A stretch of DNA of 64,000 bases from the human T2T-CHM13v2.0 reference genome, Homo sapiens. The position numbers and the translations under genes are program-made. The notes beneath the pieces are model-generated. The model was given only the letters and a program-made list of their open reading frames with translations, searched no databases and was not told the origin of the DNA. Where the stretch lies: assembly GCF_009914755.1 (NCBI RefSeq), contig NC_060935.1; one strand, given 5' to 3'. Numbering within the stretch: the first letter of the stretch is position 1; every line of letters begins with the position of its first letter. This document shows positions 41,990 through 60,424 of this stretch, one piece after another.

Positions 41990-42480
41990 GATTTGGGAGA
42001 GGCTTCAAAAACATCTAACTTGATGCTTCCCCCATTTGGTGTGCAAATCCTCTTATATCAATTATTTCAAAATAACAAGAGCTGCCATTAATTGATTCTG
42101 CTAAACACTTTACGTATGTTATCTCATTTAGTCCTGACATCAGTTCTGTGAGGTAGATATTATTATTCTCATTTTATAGCTTAGAAAACAAAGTCTATGC
42201 TCTAACCACTACCCTGCATTGACACCACTTACTATTGGTTCTAAAGCTTCTGCTTGAATGTCTGCGGTAAAAAGGAACTTACAACCTCTTAGCATATCCT
42301 GCTTCACCTTTGCACAGCTGTGATTTTAAAAAGCACCTCTTTATGTTGAGCTGAAAACCCTCTTATAATTTTTATCCATTGCCCTGGTTTTACACACTAG
42401 TGATACAGAACAGGTCCACATCCATCCATCACATGACAGTTCTCTAAATACCACATCGTGCATGTTTCTCTTGAAATTTG
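41990..42480 (-). mobile_element. L3/CR1 fragment with nested MIR (about 42070-42220)
   Basis: ctgcttgaat...ttatgttgagctgaaa...atgacagttctctaaata L3-like; tctcatttagtcct...ctgtgaggtagatatt MIR. Confidence 0.5.
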
Positions 42481-43279
42481 CAAAACATCTCTAAGTTCAA
42501 TTTTTCCTCCTATGTCTGCTTTAGACGATAGCTGATTGCTTCAATTTTCCTTCAGTTGTGGTACCTTGGATAGGGCCCCAATCATTGTATTGTAAATGCA
42601 AATTATATTTTCTACTCTATTTTCTGTGTTACTACCACTTTTTTTTTCTCTCCCAGGCAAAATTTCACAGACTAAACAAAAGACATAGAAGACAAGGCCC
42701 TTGTCCACAAGTTAAAAATCTGTCATTTTCTTGGGTAAGAAAACAGTAAGGCAGTATATTTAGTAAGCTATTTATTGTTTGGAACTGACTGTAGATATGA
42801 TAGAAAACCCAGCGAGAGGGAGGGTTGTCTGGAGCCATCAGGGAAGGCTTTGTGAAAGGCTTGTGGCTTAACCTGGCCTTCTGCGATGGGAAGCTTTGGG
42901 AAGAGCAGAGCAGAGAAGATTGGGTAGTAAACTGCAGGGATAAATTGCAGGTTGCATGTTGAAGGTAAAGCACAGACTGTCTTTGTATGGGTTGGGGAAA
43001 TGAGGAGCGAAAGGCCAGATGGTGATGAGCATGGAGATGGGGAAATTTTGAAGAGAGAACTGAAGGATATATACATATGTGAACACAGAATCACTGAAAG
43101 AGAAGGATGTTATTTTAAGAGAATTTCGTTCAGCTCAGCCTTTCATATATCTCACCTTCACAGACCCAATATTTCTCTGCAGGGCACCTATGCTAATTTC
43201 TATCACCATTGCAATTTACTGTCTCTTTCAATCAGAATCGGTTTCTTTGGCTTTACCTTTGCCTGAATCCCACTTTACC

Positions 43280-43760
43280 TGGCAAGTGCTATAGTCCTAC
43301 ACATAGTCTCATCATTTCCTGTTGGGATTATTGCTCTGAGATACCTGCCTGTCTCCTGCCTCAGCTCCTTCCCGTGATCCCCCCATACATGTGCCAGACA
43401 AAGCACAAATCTAATTTAGCACTTCCTGCTGAGTCTCTCCCGTCGGCTCTCCATCATCTTCAGAACAAAGTTCACACTTCCTGTCCACTTCCCCAGCCTC
43501 ATTTCCAGCCACTTCTCCTGTGAACTCTATGCTCAGCAGTTACCAAAAACTTTTCAGTTGCTTCATCAGACCATATTCTCTTTCACTTCTTGGCTCTCAT
43601 TCTAGATGAAGCACCCTTCCCCCTGCTTGTTCATATTGCAATAATATTTTTCAAGATTCAGCTTAGTGTGGCCTCTGGGGACATTCAGTTGGCCCAATCA
43701 TGATGAATTAGGTGCCCCTTCACTTCCAGATCATCTTGTGGCATGTCCTGAGTGCCCAGT
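43280..43760 (+). mobile_element. L2 fragment
   Basis: ttgggattattgc...ttcaagattcagctt. Confidence 0.5.
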
Positions 43761-45489
43761 ATACTGGGTGTGAATGTGTACCTACCACACCAGGCAAGAA
43801 GCAATAGAAACCAACTAGACTATCTTATCTTTATTGCAAAGCTATCAGACTTGCAGAATCCAAGCTGGAGAACCAGGCTTGAAAAATAAACAGGTATCAG
43901 ATGAAACATAGAAGTTTGGCTGCAGGGACCACAGTAAAGGCTGTGCTGTAGGTGCAATCTGTCTGTTCTGTATGCAGCTACTACTGCAGGGAGGAATTTG
44001 ACCTCCAAATGTTCCTATCATAGAATAGGAAATTCCCACTCATGGGGAATCTTTAAATTAGGGGATCTTTGTGTTCTATTCTTCCCAAGTCTTCTGCCTT
44101 CTTAGTTTACATAATCATAGTCTTCCTTCAGGCAAGGGGATGGATGAATTGCACCCCCGCCCCCCCCAACCCCATCCTGAGGAGTAACTCATTCTCAGCT
44201 GTGAACCATGAAAGCTCAGGAGGCAAATTAACTGCTTTGGAACTATCCTTCCAACTCACAGAATAGTTCAGAGAAAGCTCAATGGGAACCTGTCAGAGTA
44301 AACAACAAGATGATGCCTAAAAAACAATTTCCAGCATTTTGTGGCTAATAATAATTGCTAACTTAAGTGTTCTGAAGCTTTAATTGGGTAGGTCTGTAAT
44401 CAATGGTAGTTTTTGCCCTAAGGTAGGAGAAGGCTGAGTGACAGAGATAAATAGCACGCCTCTGTATATTGACAATCCTGGGAGGTGAAGGAAGCAAGAG
44501 AAAGCCTTCCCAGTTTGCAAGTGGTTGGAGAAGGGATGTGAAGGAAGGCTGGATCTAGACTTTGCAGATGAGCACAGGGAAAGACTCTAGGAATTTCAGA
44601 GATGGGATTCATTTTTCAGTAGGGATTGGCTACCCTCCTGCATTCAGCTTCCCTATTCCTCAACTGGTTTCCCAGTCAGCTCTCCAAGGCTTGGCTCAAA
44701 ACAGATCTCTTTCAGGGTTATGGGGTTTCAACTTTCCAAAATAATCCTAACACAATAGGATCCTGCCTATACAACTTCATTTGGTCCTTGAATGCATGAT
44801 ACCCAGTTTCCAACTTTGGATTAACTCTTTATTCATCTCTCCCCGTCTGTTTAGTCCCTGTTGCCCATCCTTGCTTTGGTATTCTGATAATAGCATTCAC
44901 ATCCTGGAGAGACTCCACCCTGCCAGGACATGAGTTCATGTCCACTCATCAGTTGGCATTCAACACAACCCCTGAGGGAAACCACTCTTTTCCAGTTAGG
45001 ATGGTGCCCTTGCTGGCAAATTGTTCTATCTATCTCTGGCCACCATGCACCTGTGCATGTCTTACATTCAACTTAGGGTGTAAGACTGCAATGATAGCAC
45101 CTAAGTCTGCTCAGCCAGCCTAGGACCAAACCCTGGAATTCACTAATGAATTTTCAAAAGGGGCTAAGGCCATAACTTCTCCCCAGGGATAGGTTCACCG
45201 TGGGTAGAGGAGGAAGTTGCTTATATGGTATGATTTGCCTGGTACCAGGTAGATCCACCCTATCCCAAAACAGCTCTCTCACACTCCTATTCAGTACCTA
45301 GAATTCCCCTATCAGCCATGGGAAACTGTGGTGTTGTAGGAGAAAGGACATAGGACTTGGATTTAAAAGATACACCATCTTTGATGCCTTGTTCTGTCCA
45401 ATCTGTTTGCTGGGCAGATTCTCAAGCTTTCTGAGCCCCAGTTTATTGTAGGAAGCAAATAAAAATAACATAAAAGCTTTTTGCATTTA

Positions 45490-45575
45490 AAAAATTTATT
45501 TTAGATTCAGGGTATACATGTAGAGATTTGTTACACTGATATATTGCATAATGATGGGGTCTGGGCTTGTAGTAT
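45490..45575 (-). mobile_element. Very short L1PB 3' end
   Basis: ttttagattcagggtatacatgt...atattgcataatgatggggtctgggctt. Confidence 0.6.
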
Positions 45576-45929
45576 AAATCTTAAAGCTCTGTTCGCATAT
45601 TAATTATTGTTGCTCTTTATTCAGTCCTTGAAGAATTTTTTATTTTCCAAAACCAAGTTTTAATTTCAAATATCCATGGGAGGAGTAAACTTTTATGTAT
45701 ATTATTATAGCTAAAACCTTGGAGCTTAGAAACTGAAAATAAGTATCAGAGAAAGACCTAGAGTGATACCCTTAGACACATGTAGAAGCTACTGAGATAA
45801 AGTGGTTAACTGTTTCCTCTGAAATTCAAAAAAAAATCTCTTGCAACCCCCTTTCTGTGTCCAATATGTAATAATAGTAAACCAAAGGCATAGTGAATCA
45901 CCCACTTGAATACAATTTCTGTTGATTTA

Positions 45930-46400
45930 CTTATCTAGCAAATATCCCACAAGAACCTAATGAGTGCCAGGCTTTCTGCTGCTTTCTGGGAATGTAAAGA
46001 TGAACACATTCCTGGTCCCTGCCTTCACAGACCAAACAGTCTATAGGCAGAAACAGACATGTAACTAACCAATCCCAACATAGAGTGATGAGTGCTCAGA
46101 TGAGCAAAGTGCTGTGTGAGATGTGTACCATTGGAATTGCTGGAGGAAGGCTAAGAGCTGTTGAGCAGGTTAGGCAGAGCACTGGTGGGAAAGGAGTTAA
46201 AGTTTTCCAGGCAGATGGAAAAGTATGGTGAGTCTGCAGGGGACTGAAATATGATTTGTTTGGAAAATTTTAAAAAGTTCAGTATAGATGAAGCACAGAA
46301 AGCTGGAGATGTAAACGGAATCTGTGTTAATAGGGATCCGTGTGCCACAATAAGAAAGTTGGCCTTTAGGCAGGAAGCAATGGGTCATGGAAAGGTTTCC
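45930..46400 (-). mobile_element. L2 fragment
   Basis: gtgccaggc...tggtccctgccttca...acagacatgtaa. Confidence 0.55.
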
Positions 46401-47662
46401 TGTAGGAGACTGGTATTCAGTATCGCATGACTCACGGTGTATTAAAATAAATCTTGATGTGACTGATCTCCCTCCTCACCCAACTAGGCTATGGGTTCCA
46501 TGGGAGCTGGATAATGTCACATTAATCACTATATCCCAAGTGCCTAGCATACAGCAGACAGTGTCCCTCCTCTTAACTTCCTGGAACTGCTCTTGAAATA
46601 AACTGACATGAAATTAGAAAGGTGAAACGAGAGTTTAGTGGAAACCAGGAGGTGGCCTACCTTGTCTCTTTTAGCTGACACCCCACCTTCTTCTATTTTC
46701 TCTCCTTCTGGGCCCACAGCCCAGCAGAACAGCCTCAGACTTCTCAAGGAGATGCTTAAATAAGGGTTAGTAAGGTAGCTTCCGCCAGGTCACGAGGTCC
46801 TCAGTTCACAGCAGGCATTTTGGCACCCCTCCCTCCTGTATTTATGGCACGTGGAGCTCCTCAGGCTCAGCACCCTTTCCCTCCAAGCACACACTCATTC
46901 TCAACACATGTTGTCTCAGCAGAGCTTCCCTGGCAGCTACCATCTATTAACCAGAGTTTGCTCTTGAGATGAAATCTATTTGCTGTGCCAGAGCTAAATG
47001 AATTCCATGAACCTTTCAAGTGAGCCATAAGACAGGGAAGACATTTCATTCCAGCAACTTTATTAGATGGTGTCCGTGAACTTTGGGACAAATAATGCTT
47101 ATATTATAATACTGTGGTTGAAGATTTTCATACTAAAACAATCTTCATGTGAAGTTCTGAGGCCCACATCCTTGAGCAGCTAGTGTCAGAACTAGACAAG
47201 TCACTTAAAGTAATTGCTTCTGGGCCAAGGCTCGGATCTCCTCTTTGATGTCTGAAACAGCCAATATTTTGTCTGTCTGTGTAGAAACCATGGTTAAACT
47301 GAGAAACAATCTAAACCGAAGTTAAATTGGCTATCAGACTGCAATTGTGCCCAGATCCTTCTATTTCTTTGGGTCTTGCTTCTGCTTATATTTCCCTTAT
47401 TTATATATATATCTAAAAGAGAATACTGCTCTAACATACATTTGTGTTTTAATAAAAACCTATTTCACTAGGAAAATGTCAAGCAATATTTGAATCTTGT
47501 GTATTTAGCTCTGAGATTTTTAATGATAAATGGCAGCACAAAAACCCCAAAATTTCTGTCACCAACAGGTAACAGTTACCTGAATTGCAGCTACTGTCCC
47601 CAGGAAAATTGGACAAACTTTTAATGACCTGCCCTGTAATCTTCATCTCTTTCTCTCTTTGG

Positions 47663-48047
<385 letters not shown>

Positions 48048-49149
48048 TCATGGCTCTCCAGTTTGCCCCTGTCTCTAAGTTTCTTTGTGTTGCTCTAGTC
48101 TTTGTTAACATTTCATCTAGTCCCTTGATCTTCCTGTCTTGACTGTGTCCATCTCTTTCAATCTGTACCTTCCCAGGCCCGGGTTCTGTCTGCACCTCCT
48201 GGCTGCCCCTCCCTCAAAGGTGGAGAGCCGTGAAAGCTGCCCCACGCGCTTTCTCCACACTGTCGTATAGCAGGCGTGGACTCCTTGCCGCTCTCACTAG
48301 AAGTAGCTTTTGCCTTTTGTTGCCAAATCAGAATGTTCTCAGCAGTGAAAATGTGGCTTATGAAAGCAAGTGCCTTGCAATTAAATAAATGGGTAATTTC
48401 AGTGTTTTTATTTTTATTTTTCTACCTAAGGATTTCCTTAGTAACAGGAGGGAACAGATAATAGTTCTTTAATTCCTATTGATAGAGAAGAGAAAATAAG
48501 TTAGTCTATCTTTAGGTTTTATTTGGGTATTTGTGATAATTAATAAGAAGAAAAGGAAACATCTGTCCTACAAATGGAGAAGATGAGAGGCAATGAAGCA
48601 AAAAAAAAAAAAAAAAAGAAAATTGGTGGCATCAGTTAAGACTGCTGGGAAAAGATAAGGTTGGCAAAAATGCTGGCTGAGTTATCGTTTGGAGAAGAGT
48701 TAAGGAAAATAAGAGTTTCATCAAATATATCAGAGAATGGAGTGGTCCTGAGGAGGCAGGCCCACAGATAAATGAGATGGTGATGAAGTGTGACCATTAT
48801 AAGCCAGTGGACACTTTGAGGGGAGAAGGAGCCAAGGAGGAAACAGAGAGATTCCAAATCAAGACAAAGCAGCAGTCAGCCCGACAAGGAGACCCCCTGG
48901 GTGGGAAGGAGACTTGCCGATGTGTTCTGTGCACTGCTTACAATCATTCTTCCAGGCCTGTGAGGCAGAAGGGGGAGAGCAGAGGCTGCACCCGTTTAAA
49001 CAGCAACAAGGAAGTGTGAGGCAAGCCTCAGTGCCAGAGCTTCAACAGAGGAATCTGCAGCCAGAGGGAGCATCTATACACATTGAGAGGACAAAGGGCT
49101 CTGGAATGACAAGCCTAGAGAGTTCATCTCATGACCGGCGGTGTTAACA

Positions 49150-49300
49150 GTTCCCCTCCCTCCCTTCATCTCACCCTCCCTCCCTTTCTTCCTTTTCTCT
49201 TTCTCTTTATCCTTCCTTCTCTCTGCACTCCCTCCCTCCCGTCTTCATCCGTTTTCTCTCCTTCTTCCTCTGTCTCCCTCCTCCCTCTCCCTCTTTCTAG
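49150..49300. repeat. Polypyrimidine low-complexity tract
   Basis: Directly visible. Confidence 0.85.
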
Positions 49301-49934
49301 GTAGTGTTTCTAAGGAAATATAACACAAGCTTCTTGGTCTGTGACTTCCGGCTATTTGGATCCAATGCAATTGTGCCTAGATCCTTCTATTTCTTTCCAA
49401 CATTCTTCCAAATGTTCGTAGGTTTAAAATTATTTTCATTGGTCCTACTTATGGGAACAATTCTTATTAGTTCACAGCAGTACAGAACAAACAGCATCTT
49501 TACCCCCAAAATTGCAAGCTTCTTGGATGAGCTGACATTTGTCTCTGGGAATAAGGGGTTAACCAATCTAAAAATAATTAAACCTCACATGCACATGATA
49601 TAATTTTTCTTACTCAAAATGCCTTTATAATGTCTCAACATCACTGTGAGATGCTTGAGCAGATATTTTTGTTTCTTCTAAAGCTACGCTACAATAAAAT
49701 GTAAGGTAGTAGCGAAGGTTAGACTCTTGACATTCTTTGATTATTCAAACTGTTTGTTAAACTGATTTTTTTTGCTTTTCCTGTAAAGTGCCTTTTGAGT
49801 CGTATTTTATGCTGTTGTTGTTAGCAGTGAAGTTTCTATCTAGCAAGATATCTGCAAACCTCGTACCTAGTAAGAAGTAGAGTGTTGAATTTGTTAAATA
49901 TTTATCTTTCATATTCTAGCATTATATTTACTTT

Positions 49935-50190
49935 CCAGAGATAGTGTGATGTCATGAATAAATACTGACATTGGAATCAGAACTCCCAAGTTCAAGTTCA
50001 AAGCCCACCAATTTTACTTACTGTGTAATCTTGGACAAATTGTGTAATCTCTCTTGGTCTGTTTATAACACTGTTTAAAAGAAGATAAAGATACCCACCT
50101 CACAGGATTTCTGTGGGGATTAAATCTGACTAATGCAAAAATCTTGTGTCTAGAATGTAGTAAATGCTCAATAAACAAGTATCATTGTTG
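49935..50190 (+). mobile_element. MIR
   Basis: tggaatcagaa...cacctcacaggatt...gtaaatgctcaataaa. Confidence 0.7.
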
Positions 50191-50349
50191 CTGCTGTTGT
50201 TGCTACTGTTACAGCATTCAACACAACTTTATAATCTATTAAGTTCTAAACTATGACAATTACTGATTAGTATGTGAAATTATAAGAAACTATTTTGTAG
50301 CTCTTGCGATCTCCTTTATTTGCAAATGAGAGAAACCCAGCTATATGAC

Positions 50350-51420
50350 TTTTATTCATTCAACAAACAGCACTTCTCTTTGCCAGAAGCTATTCTAGAT
50401 GCTGAGGTTAACAGTAGTGAAAACACAAAGTCCCTTGTTTTATGGTGCTTACATTCTAGTAGAAAGAGAGAAAATATAAAGAAAAAAGGAAAAGAGAATA
50501 TCAGATTGTGATAAGATACTTAACCTAGTATATAGATTGTTACTAAAGAATCAGAGATAACTTAGATTTAGGGGAGAGAGAAGTCTTCTCTGAGGCATTG
50601 GAATGATGAAAAGAAACCAGTTGTGCAAACATTCTGGGCAGAGATGAGCAAATGCAAGGCCTTAAGGCAGACAGCAAATTTGACAGTTTCAAGGAAAGAA
50701 GACTTAATGAAGGAAGAAGATGAGTTGGAGAGATGGACAGGGGACAGATCATAGAGTCTTGTAGACCATGATAAGAAGCCTGGATTTTATTAATTATTGT
50801 AAAAGCAATTGTAGAAAGTTAAGCATGGGAATGGCATTATCTCATTCAGATTCTTAAAAGAGTGCCCTATGTGCTGCGTGGAGTTGGAGAATATGTTATA
50901 GGTTGTCAAGAGTAAAAGCAAGGAGACCAGTTAGGAAGCTGTTGTGATAGACCAGGATGTGAAGAAAAGGAGTAGGCAGATGGGAGATTTATTTTAGAGG
51001 AAAAACCAGCAGGATTTGGTGATAGATTGGATGTTGGAGGTGCAAAATAGGGACGAGTCAGGTTTCTGGACTGAACCATGAAATATGCAATTGGTGGTAC
51101 TATTTACTGAGATGGGAAAGCCCAGGTTAGGGGGTAGGGGCAGAGAGGAGAGGAGAGGGATGAGTGTTGTGTTGGACAAGTCAGATCAAAATGACTACCA
51201 GACAGCGGAGAGGCATTGTTGATCAGGCAGCCAGATCTATGGGTGTAGAGGTAAGGGCTACACTTATAAATTTACAAGCCATCAACATAAGTGGTATTTA
51301 AAACCATGAGACTAGATGAGATCACCAAGAGAGTGAATAGATAAAGACAAGAAAATGGCTTGGGACTGAACCTTGGGGATGCCAAGATTTAAACGTCATT
51401 TAGAAGAGGACGATCCTGGA
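50350..51420 (-). mobile_element. L2a fragment
   Basis: ttcattcaacaaaca...gaccagttaggaagct...gagactagatgagatcacc. Confidence 0.8.
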
Positions 51421-51449
51421 ATAAAAGGCAATTCATTAGCCCAATAAAC

Positions 51450-51830
51450 AACCCAGATTTGGCAAGAGTGGGTCTGACCTCAGGGACAACAACACTCAGG
51501 GTCTACAGTGCCATTGGAGTGCTGCCGTCTTTCTTTGCCACTCTGGGTTCTCCCTCACTGTCTCTCCCCGTCAATCTTTCAACTCAGTCTAATTCCATCT
51601 GTAGTCTTCATTACAGAATTTTTCTATTTGAAGGAAACATAGCCACAGGCAGCTCTGAATTTCATCTTAGAAAAAGTCTTCCTCCCAACTTAAGTGTGAA
51701 ATATCCTACAGAAGATCACTGATTTGTCCGGGTTTGGGTCACAAGCCCATCCTTGGAACCAGTCACAGGCCAGGAGAACAGAATAACACAGTTGATTGGC
51801 CCAGCCTGGTTATGTGCTTCCTGGGGTCTA
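51450..51830 (-). mobile_element. MLT1J-like LTR fragment
   Basis: tgggtcacaagcccatccttggaaccagtcac...tgattggcccagcctgg. Confidence 0.5.
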
Positions 51831-52655
51831 GCGTGGACTTTCTTATTAGAGGAAAGTAGCACACTTGCAGTTGCTGATGGAATCATTGAGCTAGACAGTC
51901 TTTTATTTTTTTTAATAATTATTTTTTTCTTTGTTCACTGCATATCAACACCTGTGATAGGCAGCCTTTTGAAATTTGAGTCTAATTCCTAATTGTAAAC
52001 TTGATGTGTCTGTCTATATCTCCAAGTACAGTATGACATGACATGATGCCGTGGGGTTTTAGTTCTTCCTCTTGTTTGATATCTTTAATCAAGTTTAAAT
52101 AAATACACTTTTGCTTATCTAAAGTTGAGATTGATGTATTCAACAATTATACTGGAAAGTAAAATGAGTCATGGAAATAAAAAAGATAATTAAAAAAAAA
52201 ACAGAGAATTAGGAACCTTCTGCAGACATGAAACCATCTGATTCCAGGGGTGATGTGTTTACAGAGAGGCCGTGGTGAAGCAGGGCCCGCAGGTCCCCAG
52301 GGTGTGAGATCAGCATCTCTCAAGGAAGATCAGACGACTGCTTCTCCACCAACCTGTCTACTCAGCGCTCTCCTGCCTGCAACAGGCTCAGCCAAGGCCA
52401 GAGGCAGGGGCCACACGGCCTTTGTCAATTGTTCTGTACACTCAGTAATTGCCTTTTTGATTCCAGCCTGGGCCTGTTCCCATTTGTTTTACCCCTGTGC
52501 AGAAAAAATAATGAAAGAATTTATTTCTAAACCTACACACTTCAGGGGACTAAGAAAAACTGACAACCCGAACTTACTAACTAAAAAATGAGGATGTGGA
52601 TAGCACATTTTATAATAGTGACAGTTGGCCTATTTAAGATGCACACTTCAGTCGC

Positions 52656-53325
<670 letters not shown>

Positions 53326-54805
53326 GTCCTCCTCTATATCTACTCTACAAAAGGGCAGTTTCAAAGGTATTCAACAGGCTGTCCCTGCAATGCACCTGAC
53401 TGCAGTCTGCAGCCTCTAAGACTGCTCAGTCAGGTTGTTGTTTAAAGGTACTCCCTTTTAACTTTCCCAAAGGAAGCTCATCAAGTATCAGGGAAGATTT
53501 CTAACCACTCCATTTCCCTCTGCTCCCTATTCCCATAGTCTGTACTGGAGAGTGTGGCCTCAAGGTTAAGAGATTTGCTCTGGGATTTGCCAAGGTCTAT
53601 GGTTTTGTCCCTTTATAGCCTTCACTCAGGAAACTGTGTTATCATCTCCAGCGAGATTCTATGGTCTGCAGTCTTATCTTTAAGGAACATGAAATGATCA
53701 AATCCTTGCCTACCAAGAGGCTGAAGAGGACAACATCAATAGACAATTAACTTGCCATTCATTGTGGACTGTCTGTTCACCATAAAGCAATCACATTTTA
53801 TGAGTGCAGAGGCTGGTTTTTGGTTTCTGTTCATTTTGGGTTTGGGTGTTATTTCTTTTGTTTTTGTGTGAGTGTATTTGCATTGTCACTTTTTATTTGC
53901 CCCTTAAAATGATTGGTCTTAGAGAGAAGTCTTCATTTTTGTCTACATAGTAGAATCAAGATAAGGAATAAGAACCAGCTTAGATTGGGGTCAGCAAGAA
54001 AATTACTGAGTGAGTTGCTTTGTAGCTCTTCTTCCTTCTTTAACAAAGTTTAATATTGTTGTGTCCTTGTAGGAAAATGCCCCAGACCTGAGATGTGGCT
54101 GGAGGAGGAAGACCAGGGCTTCCTGAACAAAGGCTTCAGATGGAAAGAACCACAGATCTTGGCAAACTCCACACTCTGTAGACTACTATCCAGATCCTAT
54201 GGATTAGATTCATGGATGCTGAAGGAATTTGAAAATGTAATTTCCCTTATGAAACTCCCAGGGGATGTTTTCTCTTTAGAGTATATTTCTATCTTCTTCT
54301 TCTTTGGAGTGGGGGTCTAAGGAAGATTTCTCTCTTGTAGCTGCTAAGGAGGTAGTCAGATTAGGTACAATCAGAGCTCACTCCTTAAATGTAAGACAAA
54401 ATGAAGCTTTCTCAGTGATTCCCAGGATCTCTCCCACAGGCTAAACAAGTAACCTTGGGTTACTTTTTGGGACCACAAGGAGTTTTTTTTTTTTTTTAAA
54501 AAGGTAGGGAGGGAGATAGGAACAGCTCTGGTCTACAGCTCCCAGCATGAGCCACGCAGAAGATGGGTGATTTCTGCATTTCCAACTGAGGTACTGGGTT
54601 CATCTCACTGGGGAGTGCCAGACAGTAGGTGCAGGACAGTGGGTGCAGCGCACCATGCACGAGCCGAAGCAGGGCAAGGCATCGCCTCACCCGGGAAGCA
54701 CAAGGGGTCAGGGAATTCCCTTTCCTAGTCAAAGAAAGGGGTGACAGACACCACCTGGAAAATCGGGTCACTCCTACCCTAATACTGAAGCTTTTCCAAC
54801 CAGCT

Positions 54806-54946
54806 TTAAAAATGGCATACCAGGAGATTATATCCCACACCTGGCTCAAAGGGTCCTACGCCCATGGCGTCTCGCTCAGTGCTAGCACAGCAGTCTGAGA
54901 TCAAACTGCAAGGTGGCAGGGAGGTTGGGGGAGGGGCGCCTGCCAT
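54806..54946 (-). pseudogene. L1 antisense ORF0, truncated to 46 aa
   Basis: MAGAPPPTSLPPCSLISDCCAST...CHF* matches ORF0 N-terminus; early stop. Confidence 0.75.
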
Positions 54947-55528
54947 TGCCGAGTTAGTTGCTTGATTAGGTAAACAAAGCAGCCAGGAAGCTTGAACTGG
55001 GTGGAGCCCACCACAGCTCAAGGAGGCCTGCCTGCCTCTGTAGGCTCCACCTCTGGGGGCAGGGCACAGACAAACAAAAAGACAGCAGTAACCTCTGCAG
55101 ACTTAAATGTCCCTCTCTGACAGCTTTGAAGAGAGTAGTGGTTCTCCCAGCACGCAGCTTGAGATCTGAGAACAGGCAGACTGCCTCCTCAAGTGGGTCC
55201 CTGACCCCCGAGTAGCATAACTGGGAGGCACCCCTCAGTAGGGGCAGACTGACACCTCACACTGCCGGGTACTCCTCTGAGACAAAACTTTCAGAGGAAC
55301 GATCAGGCAGCAGCATTTGCAGTTCACCAATATCCGCTGTTCTGCAGCCACCACTGCTGGTACCCAGGCAAACAGGGTCTGGAGTGGACCTCTAGCAAAC
55401 TCCAACAGACCTGCAGCTGAGGGTCCTGTCTGTTAGAAGGAAAACTAACAAACAGAAAGGACGTCCACACCCAAAACCCATCTGTACGTCACCATCATCA
55501 AAGACCAAAGGTAGATAAAACCACAAAG

Positions 55529-56540
55529 ATGGGAAAAAAACAGAGCAGAAAAACTGGAAACTCTAAAAATCAGAGTGCCTCTCCTCCTCCAAAGGAATGC
55601 AGCTCCTCACCAGCAATGGAACAAAGCTAGACAGAGAATGACTTGGACGAGTTGAGAGAAGGCGGCTTCAGATGATCAAACTACTCCAAGCTACAGAAGG
55701 AAATTCGAACCAATGGCAAAGAAGTTAAAAGCTTTGAAAAAAAATTAGACAAATGGATAACTAGAATAATCAATGCAGAGAAGTCCTTAAAGGACCTGAT
55801 GGAGCTGAAAACCAAGGCACGAGAGCTACATGACAAATGCAGAAGCCTCAGTAGCCGATGCGATCAACTGGAAGAAAGGGTATCAGTGATGGAAGACGAA
55901 AGGAATGAAATGAAGCGAGAAGAGAAGTTTAGAGAAAAAAGAATAAAAAGAACAAAGCCTCCAAGAAATATGGGACTATGTGAAAAGACCAAATCTACGT
56001 CTGATTGGTGTACCTGAAAGTGACGGGGAGAATGGAACCAAGTTGGAAAACACTCTGCAGGATATTATCCAGGAGAACTTCCCCAATCTAGCAAGGCAGG
56101 CCAACATTCAGATTCAGGAAATACAGAGAACGTCACAAAGATACTCCTTGAGAAGAGCAACTCCAAGATACGTAATTGTCAGATTCACCAAAGTTGAAAT
56201 GAAGGAAAAAATGTTAAGGGCAGCCAGAGAGAAAAGTCGGGTTACCCACAAAGGGAAGCCCATCAGACTAACAGCTGATCTCTTGCCAGAAACTCTACGA
56301 GCCAGAAGAGAGTGGGGACCAATATTCAAAATTCTTAAAGAAAAGAACTTTCAACCCAGAATTTCATATCCAACCAAACTAAGCTTCATAAGTGAAGGAG
56401 AAATAAAATACTTTACAGACAAGCAAATGCTGAGAGATTTTGTCACCACCAGGCCTGCCCTAAAAGAGCTCCTGAAGGAAGCACTAAACATGGAAAGGAA
56501 CAACTGGTACCAGCCACTGCAAAAACATGCCAAACTGTAA
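55529..56540 (+). pseudogene. L1 ORF1p (disrupted)
   Basis: MGKKQSRKTG start; TAG at 55628-55630, further stop and frameshift; C-terminal KRPNLRLIGVPE...QKHAKL. Confidence 0.9.
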
Positions 56541-56603
56541 AGACCATCAAGGCTAGGAAGAAACTGCATCAACTAACGAGCAAAATAACAAGCTAACATC
56601 ATA

Positions 56604-60424
<3,821 letters not shown>

